64,000 nucleotides of DNA from Isurus oxyrinchus (Eukaryota): the NCBI GenBank assembly GCA_026770705.1, contig JANJGN010000020.1, positions 9,300,001 through 9,364,000 of the forward strand, in the 5' to 3' direction. Made by a program: the position numbers and the translations under genes. Of this stretch, positions 50,001-62,000 are shown in pieces (within the stretch, counting starts at the first letter, position 1; every line of letters starts with the position of its first letter). Below the pieces are notes generated by a model, which worked only from the letters and a program-made list of their open reading frames with translations, was not told where the DNA came from and made no database searches.

Positions 50001-53000
50001 CTAGGGATGGACAATAAATGCTGGCCCAGCCAGTGAAGCCCACATCCCGTGAATGAATTTAAAAAAAAAAAAATTTCTGATCTAAACCTAATGCAACTCC
50101 AAATGCAATATTTAATGCCCCAAATCGATGCTTTGCATTAATGTTTTAATGAAATTTCTTTCTCATGTAGATCCCATGCCACCTAGCAACCTGACCATAA
50201 TAACTTGGAGTGCTAATAGTGTTACCATTTACTGGGACAAGCCAGCTTTGGGAAGCTTTGACTGGTTCCAACTAGATGTCCATTTGCTTGGGCAGAAGGG
50301 AGAAGTCATCAATCCAATACTTCAGTCTTACAGTTTGATACAAAGTAGGACGTCATTTCTTATTGATGGGTTGCCATCTTGCCAGAAGGTGAATATTTCT
50401 CTCGTGACTGTGTGTGAAGCAGCTGAGGTGAAGAAAAGTGCGGAGATCTTTGTGGTGGCCAATACAGGTATGCTGATCAGTGGCGTTCCTTGAAAATGTG
50501 AGTCGAGTCAAAAGCTATAGGTCTCGACCTCTGTCTCTCCTCTTTTGCCTCATTTTAGCCTGAGTATGTCCACCTGTACCAACACAACTAACAACCACAC
50601 ATTTGCAACATTTGACTAATGGGAAGAGTGTTCCTGGTTCCACCACAACAAATGGAACCAATCAGCGTTGCACCCTAGGCATGCCTTCTAACTGCTAACT
50701 GTGACTTGTAACTTTTTGACGGAAGGTCCTGGAACACCTGATGCTCTGACCACCTTCCCCTTCTTGTCCATAACTTAAGTTTACATCACACAATTCGGCA
50801 TTTAAGAGATGTCAACTTAAGAACATTTCCCAAAATTCATGAATCATCCCAATAATACATTCAAATTACGACTGTTCATCTACAGTACAATTTGATAATT
50901 CAAGCCTTACTGATTACACAAATGTTGCCAACAAGATGAACTGTAACAAAGTTAATGGGTAAAGATTAAATGTAACATGCTTGCGACTTCATTTGAACAA
51001 ATAACTTTGGGGATTATTTTTTATATAATGTGGGCCACTATATATAATTTGCCTAATTCCTGTCATTTTATTCAGAACTCCTCTCAATAATTCTCATTAA
51101 TTCAGCTGTTTTTTTTATATAATGCAAATTATTGAGGGGCGTTCTGAATAAAATGACAGGAATTAGGCAAATTATATATAGTGGCCAACATAATAATTGT
51201 CATTAATTCAGCTGTTTTTTTTTATATAATGTTGGCCACTATATATAATTTGCCTAATTCCTGTCATTTTATTCAGAACTCCTCTCAATAATTCTCATTA
51301 ATTCAGCTGTTTTGATTTTATGTCCATTATGTGTAAATGAGATTGAACTAACCAACACTGAGGTGCGATTCAAAACAAACAATGGGATGTTTCACTTGTC
51401 TCACTTGGAATAATTTCCTCGTAGAATAAACAGCTTCCTGGTGCATTAAATACTGATCGTGGAGCATTCACAGGATAATCGCACCAATTCCTCTTTAGGC
51501 AAGGCAAAGAGATGAATTGAGGAAAAGCATTTATAATTTTAAAAAAGCATATAGATTGGCTTTGAAGCAGGACATGGATAGACTGAACAATCTTTATTAT
51601 ATTTTTGTGCTCTAGAAACCTGTAGCTCAGTGGGTATCACTTGCAAAATTCTGAGTTCAAACCCCACTCGGAGATTTGAGCACAAAAATCTTGGTCGACA
51701 CACCTGCAGCATTGAGGGAGTGCTGCACTGTTGAAGATGCTGATTTTTGGATGAGGCATTTACCCAAGGCCCCATTTGGCCTTTCAGGTGACTATAAAAG
51801 ATTCCACAAAACTATTTGCGGATGAGGAGGGCCGTTCAGCCTTGGGTCCTGACTAATATTTATTCCTCAACCAACAGCAGTTAAAGGGATTATCTATTAT
51901 CACATTGCTCATCATTGGATCTTGCTGTGCACAATTTCCCTGCACTGTTTCCCTATGTTACAGTAAGGACTACACTTTGAAGATGCTTCATTGACTATAA
52001 ATCACTTTTGGGGAAAAGGGGAGATTGTGAAAGGCATTGCATAATTACAAGTTTTGTTCTCCTTTTCAACACAAGTGCTTGGTGCTGAGTTTTAATCCCA
52101 CACAACTCCTGCATCAATACTTTTTTTTTTTCTTTTAATAATTCCATCATTCACCGCATGCAGCTCCAGTGAAGTTTGTCAAAGTTACTCAGACGGCTGG
52201 TTCCACTGATGGCTACACTGTGTCCTGGGCAGTGACGGGCGATCCAGCAAAAATCCTCTTCTACATCTACAAAAATGGAACCCTGCATCGTACCCAGAAA
52301 CAGACAGAGTACGTTTCAACTGGCCTCAAACCTTGTACCCTGGAGACATTAACACTGAAGGCGGTTTGTGGGACTGGTGCAGTGGCTGACATGAGAACAA
52401 TCACCGTGGCAACAGGTGGGTGCTTTGTTTTTTATATTTGTTCAAGAACACACCAGTTCATCACTTTCGTGTTTTTTTATGTTGAGACTCTTGTCATTAG
52501 CACTACAGTAAAGTAAACGTGCATTGCCATCGTGCCTTTTATGACCTCAGGATGTCCTACAGTCAGTGAAGTACCTTTTTCAAAGTGTGGAACTCTCAAA
52601 AGTGTGCACGAAAACTTGGGGTGCAGCCCAGGCTAATCTCATCCTTTGCTGCACTCTGACAGAAATGGTCTTGGTGGTGGCAGTTGTCAGCCCTACATTT
52701 ATGCACAACTTACTGAGGGCAGCAGTTTGTTTTGGGTTGATATGTGACTGGCTAGAATACGCAGCCATACTGAGTGCAGTGGAACTGAACATTGGAAACA
52801 GTGCGCAACAGGCCGGCAATCTAATGACATCTTATTTACACAACACCGCCTGAGATGATTTCTCTGTGAACCTGCAGCATAGACGAGTCCAGGACTCGTG
52901 CTTGTTTTCTTGGCCACAGAGACCATAGGATGGATTTTGTGGGGGAACAGATTATCTAACTTCACAACAACTCCCCCCCCCCTCCCCCACCCCAATACCG

Positions 53001-56000
53001 GCCAAAAGATAAGTCCATTGGCACTGCGCCATCTAGAAACCCAGCTGTCCTGCAGCGATGATATGCTAAGAGCAGCCTTAATTATTTGAGTGAATTGTTT
53101 CCGCTCTCATCTGGGAGGAAGTCTGACTCTAGAAAGCTGCCGGTCAATCTGATTGGCTGACAGCTCTGTCGTCCCAGCAACGCCAGATGTCCACGGTTGG
53201 GCCTCCAGCCAGACCCCGAGGAAATGTCATGGATCTTGAACTTCAGGTAAGTCTGGGGATTTTGGATGAGCCTGCCTGGCACACCCCAGTGAGGGTAGTG
53301 GGGCGGGAGGGGGGGGGGGGCGTGTTTTAGTTGCCGAGGGGATGGTTAAAGGTGGGGTATGATCTTGTTGAGATTGGGGTGTGCCTCTGGACACAGAGGA
53401 CCCCAAAATGAGGTATACTCCCTTCCTGCCCAACAGCAGCCCTTGCAATGGAAGCTTCCGGACTGCCCATCCTACCTCCGCCTTTTCCCCACTTTGGATA
53501 GAATAGGGCAGAGGCAGAATGAGTCCCTTTAAGTAGCAGTTAATTGGCCATCTGAGGGCCCCAATAGGCCCAAGGGTATGTGAGGGTGGATTCCTGGTCA
53601 CTGGGGAATTGCGTTGGACACTGCATCCAATGAGTGAGTTGGGTTCAACCTAGATAATGCTGGTTGTATGTTCAGCTAGATACATTTGGAATTAGAATTG
53701 CACGAGCAATTATTAAACATGGATCCTTTATTCACTCTCTTCCTAACTGACTCCCTCTGCTGGTAAATGTGTGTATGGTAGTCTCAAGTGGACAAAAATG
53801 CACAATGCAATTTTCAATACACTATATAGTAGAGGAATACTGTTACTTCTGTCAAGTAGAGAGAATTAATTCAGGCTAAATGGGGTATTGGTCTTCTAGA
53901 ACTTGACTATATTATGGGACTTTGATTGATTAATTGTTTCTCCCTTGCCAGCGCCAGAGGTACTCACTAACCTGTCCTACCAGCACACTGTTGACGGAGG
54001 CTTTTTCTCCTGGAATTCCCCACCAGTATTTCATGGGATTCATATCCGTATTGACAACAGAGTAATGGCTTTCACCAGGAAGAATTATTACCGAGCGTTG
54101 GGTTTGAACACCTGCACTCAGTATCAATATGTGTTTGAAGCAGCCTGTGGACGCTGGAGGAGTAAAGCTGTCACCAGGGCTGAGTTCACAGGTATTCTAA
54201 CACCATTGCAAAACTTCAAATCCATGGTGTGGAAATCACTTTTTAACTGGTATCGGGAAGGAAAAAATGCACTCCTAGAATTATGGAATCAAAGAATAGT
54301 GCAGCACTGAATGAGGCCATTCAGCCTATCCATTCTGTACCAGCTCTCTCAAGGACAATCCAGTTAGTCCCCCTCCTCTCCTTATCCCTGAAATGTTCTT
54401 TCCAAGTATTTTATCCAATTTCCTTCAGGGAGGACTATTTAATCTGCTTCCACCATCCTCTTGAGCAGAGTATTCCAAAACATAACCACTTGTTGCATAA
54501 ATACATTTCTCCACATTGTCCTCTACCATTCACCACCTTTAAATCTCCATCTTCTGGTGATCGATCCTTCAGCCAATGAAAACGAGCTTCTCTTTATTTA
54601 CCCTGTCTAATCCCTTCATTATTTTAAATGCCTCCATCAAAACTCCTCCTCTGGCCTTCTCCTCCTCTTGAGAACAACCCCAACTTCTCCAGTCTATCCA
54701 AGTAACTGCAAATCCCTCACCCCTGGAACCAATAATATTACAGTCTTCATGACCTCAGGACATCCCAAGGTGCTTTACAGCCAATGAACTATTTTTTTTG
54801 AAGTGCGATCCCTGTTGTAAAGTAAGAAAAAGCAGCCAATCTGTACACAGCAAGATCCCACAGATGGCTCTTTCCCACCCACCTAACCCCAAAATCAGAC
54901 TTCTTGACATGTATAGCCTTGCCGCAAGAGGATGCCACAAGGACAGCACTAGTTTGGTCTGTGATGGTTCCTATAATTCAATAGCCTACTAATATATTGG
55001 GGGAGGCGATGGCACAGTGGTATTGTCGCTGGACTAGACCCAGGGTAATCCTCTGGGGAAGCTGAATTCGAATCCCACCACATCAGATAGTGGAATTTGA
55101 ATTCAATAAAAATTTGGAATTAAAAGTCTAATGATCATGAAACCATTGCTGTGAAAACCCATCTGGATCACTAATGTCCTTTAGGGAAGGGAATCTGCTA
55201 TCCTTACCTAGTCAGGCCTAAATGTGACTGACTCTTAAATGCCCTCTGAACTATGGGGCAACTAGGGATGGCCAGCAAATCCCACATCCCATGAACAAAT
55301 TAAAGAAAAATTGAAAGAAAACAGCTTTTTTTCTGTGCAAGTATTTCTCAGACTAAGAGACACAGATTTAAAGTTTTGGGCAAGAGATACAAAGGGTGAG
55401 GAGGTAATGATCGGGAGTTCGCTGCCCATGAGGGGTGTGGAAGTAGACACTATGAATGATTTCAAGAGGAAACTGGATGGACACTTGAAAGAAATATACT
55501 TGCATGGCTACAGGGATAGAGCAGGGCGAATGGGACTGACTGGATTGCTCTACAGAGAGCCGGCATGGACTTAATTGGGCTTATTGACCTCTTTCTGTGC
55601 TATAATGATTCTGTTATCACCTGAGATAGGGTCAGGAGATGGAAAGAAACTAAAATTCTTGAGCAAACTAGCACAAATGTGCTGGGTTGGAGTGTCTGCA
55701 TTTTAACAAATCAGTAAGTTTTGGCTCCTTTTTGAATTCTTTAGGCTGTCCTATAGAACGTCCACCCCATGATCATAAGCGCGTTATAGTGCTGCCAGAA
55801 AAATTACACGTACCCATTTACCTTCCATGGAAGTTTTCCGATTATATGAGTGATCCAACTTCAAGAGCGTATGTAAAACTGGCATCCATTGCCAAATCCA
55901 AGGTAAGATTTAAATGAGCACTAAACATGGCGAGACCTTGGAGAGGGAGCAACATAGATTTACTAGGATGAGTGAGGGGGCTTCAGTTATGTGGTGAGAT

Positions 56001-59000
56001 GAGATTGAAGAAATTGGGTATGGGGTCCCCTTGGAGCAGAGAAGGGAGGATTCAATAGACCCTCAAAATTATATGAAGGGTTTTGATAGTCAATATGGAG
56101 AATCTGCACCCAGTGGCAGAAAGGTCAGAGGGCACAGATTTAAGGTGATTGACAAAAGAACCAGAAGGGTGGAGATGAAGGAAAAGCTTTTTTTTCCTTC
56201 TTAGTGAGTTGAAAGGGTGGTGGAAGCAGATTCAATAGTAACTTTCAAAAGGGAATTTAATAAATAATTGAAAAATTAAAAACTTGCTGGGAGAGGAAGA
56301 GTGGGGTGATGAGGGGAATGGGTCCATAATTTGAATAGTTCTTTTAAAGAGCTGGCACAGTTACAATGGATTGTATGGCTTCCCTTTTTTATTGTGTCGT
56401 TCTATAACCAGTCTTTTGTATCTGGAGAATGAATTAGAACTTGACCATTCCCTTCAATGTTTCAAGGAACTTGGATAAATTTGGGGTGAGGGTGTAGAAT
56501 GTGAATGAAGACATTGAAAGGTACGGGTTGCTGCTTTAAGTGTGAGGTATGCATGAAGTACTCTGACCCATCCATCTCCTCCCGTTGAAGGGTTCTCAAA
56601 ATTCCCACATTTTTCATTTCATCAACAAGGATATGACTTTTGGACTTTTAAACTGCTGAGTTAAGTGTAAAACTCTGCAGACAGGTGGCTGGGCCCATGA
56701 AGGCCTGGAACTGGACATGCCCGGGCTTGTTGAGTGCTGTGTGGGTTTTTTTTTTGCCTGAAACCAGACGACGAGAGGAGACAATACACATTCTTCACTT
56801 TTAAGACAATCAACACGAAACTAAAGCCCATCAAAATCTTGCATAAATAATCGCTACTAACTTCTAAGGCAGGAAGGCACAATCAATGCAATTATGCGAA
56901 CCCATGAATACTCCACACATACAATGGCTTTCAGTTCAAACCTAGTTAGGGGGGCAGGAAGACAATGATAAACATCATGCGAGCCCATTAAAAACAACGA
57001 GACAACAATCACCGGGGGAAGCCCACCAAAATCAAACAAAGAACTAACCTTGATTTGGATTCCAATAAGAAATTCGAAAGACAGTATAACTGGCCAGTCA
57101 GTTACGAAGGAGGGAGAGCGAAACCAGCTAGCTGGAGGGTGGCCAGTTTTGAAATGGTTGAAACAGAGATTAAGCAAGGAGATCTGGAGGGTTCGCAGGC
57201 ACGCAAGCAACATCACGGCGAGGGGCACAGGGTGGCAGGCTCAACTGAAGACAACAAGGCCACAGCAGCCCCCCATGAAGATCGACCACCCACAACCGTG
57301 TCCTCCACTCAACTGAAGAACCTTCGCAGATTCCACAGACCAGGACCACGTGGAGACGGCTGGCCCCAGAGGGCATAAAGAGCGTACCCCAAAGCTGCAA
57401 CCGGCTTACTTGGCTGGATTTTGAACTGTCAAGGAACCCTGAGTTGGTGAGCATGATCCCTGACCTCTCCTAGTTCAATTTAGTTAGGTTTTGGGGGTGG
57501 GACAAAGGTAAGGGGATTAGTAGTGTGATTTTCCCTCGTTATGCCATGTGATCCCCATTATTAACTAAGTGTACTTTGTAAGTCTGTATAATCTCAGTGT
57601 AATCCTAATGTTATAAGTTCATTTGTGACTTCAATAAACTCAGTTTTTTTTCTTGCAACAAAACCAATTGTCTGCTGCACTTTGTCACAACCCCCAAATA
57701 AGTCCAAGGTCTAGAACCCAGGGAGTGGGAGCGATTCGAACAGCTCAGGCATCAGAGGTGAAACTGACATACACCACTGCCCCCTACACCATGTACAATT
57801 TGAATTTGTAATGCACGCGTTTGTGTGTTAACCTTGCAGATTCTACAGTTCCTGCATTCTGGACAATTCTCTGGTGCGGAAGTAGAGATGTTGTATCTGA
57901 TGAAAAGCAACAACATGGTTGAGATGAATGTAGCAGTAGCTGCCCAACTCAGTAATAAAACTTTCTCAAGTCTCATACGCCTTCAGACTGACTTGAATGA
58001 TTCTAACGTGTCGACCATGGGCAGTGCACTCTTCTGGAACGGTGAGGAGACAATTCCTTCTCTCTCATTTTTAAAATCCTCTAACTCTTTAACCAAGCTT
58101 TTAATCAGCCGTCCAAATAACAGTATCTCCTCCTTTTGGCTTGGTGTCTGATTTTACATTTTAGAATATTTTCCTACGTTAAAGATGTCAATTCAAATTT
58201 ATCGTAAACACATTTGGCTGCATTCTTGATCTGTGATGGATTGTCCCACCCGTTTGGATTCCTTTGTCACATTCACATTATATTCACTAACTGGATCTTA
58301 ACTTTTAAAACCACAGTATCTATGTGTTGCAGATGAGGATGAATGTGCAAATGCTACTATTAATGACTGCCCAGTGGAATCAGACTGCATCAATACTTTT
58401 GATTCATTCACGTGCATCTGTCACCAAGGATACTTTGAAACCACTGATCCAGGGAGAGCTTGTAGAGGTATGGTTCCCTTATTTTGTCGATGTGAAATTG
58501 AAACCCTAAAGTAGATGACTTACCATTTTAGTTTGAATGCTATCGAATTCGCTAAAATCTCAAATCATAAGTTATATTCGTGCCGGGCAATGACTATCTC
58601 CAACAAGAGAGAATCTAACCTTTGATGTTCAATAGCATTACCATCACTGAATCCCCCCAGTACCAACATCCTGGGGGTTACCATTGACCAGAAACTGAAC
58701 TAGCCATATAAATACTGTGGCTGCAAGAACAGGTCAGAGGCTAGGAAACCTGTGGCAAATAACTCACTCCCTGACTCCCCAAAGTCTGTCCACCATCCAC
58801 AAGGCACAAGTCAGGAGTGTATTGGAAGACTCTCCACTTGCCTGGATGAGTGCAGCTCCAACAACACTCAAAGCTTGACACCATCAGGACAAAGCAGTCC
58901 ATTTGGCATCCCATCCACCACCTTCAACATTCACTCTCTCCACCACCAACACACAGTGGCAGTGTGTACCATCTGCATTGCAGCAACTCACCAAGGCTCA

Positions 59001-62000
59001 TTAGACAGCACCTTCTAAACCCATGACCACAACCACCTAGAAGGACAAGGGCAGCAGATAGATGGGAACATCACCACCTGGAAGTTCCCCTCCAAGTCAC
59101 TCACCATCCTGACTTGGAAATATATCACCGTTCCTTCACTGTCACTGGGTCAAAATCCTGGAACTCCCTCCCTAACAGCACTGTGGGTGCACCTACACCA
59201 CATGGACTGCAGCGGTTCAAAAAGGCGGCTCATCACCACCTACTTGAGGGCAATTAGGGATGGGCAATAAATGCTGGCCTAACCAATGACGCCCACATCC
59301 CATGAATGACTAAAAATAATAGAAAGTCATGTACAGCTTTGAACAACCTGCCATTAATAATTGATGCATTAGAGAAGAGATGGTGATTTTATTTTGCTCT
59401 TTGGGAGTGGGGTGGTGGAGGGGCCTGGTGGTTAAGTTAAGATATTGTCAACTTTTTACCCCCATCTTGTTTTCTTCAAGATGTCAACTTGTTCTGGTGT
59501 ATAATTTTGTGTGGAAAGTCTCTGGATATCTTACCCGAATGGTCACTCCTCATATGCAAAACCAGAGAATGAGATAAAAACAGAAAATGCTGGAAATATT
59601 CAGCAGGTCAGGCAATGTCAGGTCTGACCTTCCATCAAATCGGAGGAAAGTTAGAAATGCAAGTGGGAGGGGGAGGAAGAACAGAAAGGTGGAGGGCAGA
59701 GAGACTAAATGGTGCAAAGGCCAAAGGGAGTGCTAATGGGACATGATGTGTCTAGAGGACTTGTGAATGGCAGGATAATGACCACCTCAAAGTAAAGGAA
59801 TAAAGAAAGAAACCAGAAAAAACCCACAAAATACCACAAAACAAAATTGGGTATGGACCAGATGGGCTGAATGGCCACCTTTGCTGTTGATTCAGTAAAA
59901 CGTAACCAGTGGAGTAACCAATACTACTGGACATTCTCAATGGTGCTGCAGCTGGATATAAAAATTGTAGGAAGGACAGTTTTCTTAGTCCATATGTGCA
60001 GTTTTGTAATAGGTGATGAGGGTGTGGCTGTGCATGCTTTCTGTTCCAGGGATTGGAATGTATTTTTTTTTTTTTGCCTCTGTAGATCACGGAGTGTTTG
60101 CCAGTTGTGAAACAGATTTAATGAAAATTATCGTGTCAAAAGAATTTCTGGCACATCAGGTGAAGTCACGACTGAATCTTGTCTTGAACGATGGCAGCTG
60201 TGCAGTCAGAGAAGGGCCAAAATACTACATGTTCACAATCACTGAACGGCAGGCTTACTGTGGAGGGCAGCTCCTGGTAAGAAAGAAAGATCTTTACACC
60301 CTGTTCAAAAACTTCCAAGGACATTTCGAGAGATACGTGATATGATTATCAAGACTGATTTGATCAAGGCTAATTGAATTTTGTAATAGCTTGAGCTGGA
60401 TATGGTTTTTATTTGTTTATGGGATTTATTGCCCATCCTTAATTGCCCTTGTTCAGAGGGTATTTAAGAATGCTGGTGGGGGACATGTAGACAGATTCCC
60501 TTCCCTTAGGGGCATTAGTTTTTGTGACAATCAACAATGGTTTTGTGGGCATCGTCAGACTTTTAATGAATTTAAATTTCACCATGTGCTGTGGTGGGAT
60601 TCGAACCCTGGTACCCAGAGCAATACCCAGGTCTCTGGAACACCAGTCCAGTGACAATACCACTCTGCCACTGCCTGCCCCTGTGCAAAAAAAACCCAAT
60701 TTTTTTTTTTTACTTCAATAAAAACTCTAGTAGAATTAAACTGGTAAAGTTTGGGTAAATATAAGTAAAATTAAAACTGGTAACAGTGAAGTCTCAACTT
60801 TATTTAAAACACCAACAGATTAAAATACTATTTTGTCACTTTCTCTAGATAAATGAGACACACAAAATATTTAAGCACGTCATCACTAATGAGTTCCGTT
60901 CTGATTCTTCCATAATCAGAGAAGAGCCACTAATATTTGAAGTGAACTGTGCCTATTTACGTAGCTCCTTAGTGAAAATGTCCCTGGAAGTGCCCCCACT
61001 CATCAGGTAAATGTAATCTTTACTCTTTAAACTTGTAAGTCTGGTAAATGTAATGATAATCACCTATTGGTCGCCAAGAGTGCAGAGAGAAGAGAGAATG
61101 ATGAGGTGAATGAAAACTATAAAGATAATTTTGTTTCTGTATTGTTTTATGTGGAGCAGACCACTCAACGTGGTCTGGCAATCGATAAGCTTTTTTACCA
61201 AGGGAAGAGACTATGGGAACTTTTATAACATGTATGTTTTAGCGATCATACAGAATGTAAAGTTAGTTTTAAATAGATTGGGGTTGCATTGCCTGCATGA
61301 GTTAGCTCTTCAGCTACTTTTGTCTGGACTGATTTGGAGAACAGGAAGTCCAAATTCGAATCATAGAATGATATAACACAGAAGAGGCCATTTGGCCCAT
61401 TGTGCCAGTGCTGGCTGTTTCAGTGTTGGCCATAGATCAGTTGGTAGCACTCTCACCTGCTGAGTCAGAAGGTTGGGGGTTCAAGGCCCACTCCACTCCA
61501 GAGACTTGAGTGCCAAAAATCAAGGCTGAAAACCCAGTGCCAATAGAGGTCCTGAACTGTCGGAGGGGTCATCTTTCAGATGAGAGGTTAAAATAATGTT
61601 TAATCTCCGGTGGCTGTAAAAGGTTCCACGTTGACTATTTTGAAGAAGAGTAGGGGGGGGTTCTCCCCAGTGTCCTGGCCTATATTTTTCCCACAATTAA
61701 CATCACTAAAAACAGATTATTTGGCTATCACGCTGTGGTTTGTGAGAGCCTGGTGTGTGCAAATTGCCAGCTGCATTTCTTACATTACAACAGTAAGTGT
61801 ACTTCATTGGCAATGAGACATCCTTAAGTCATGAAAAGTGCCTTTTATAGGTGCAAGCCCCTGATTTTCTTTCCACATGAGCTGCCACCCACCCTACTTC
61901 AGCTAGCTCTCAACACGTTCCTTTCTCCCTTGTTTATCCAGCTTCCCCTTAAATACATCTATACTATTCACCCCAACTGCTCCCTATGGACAGTGAGTTC

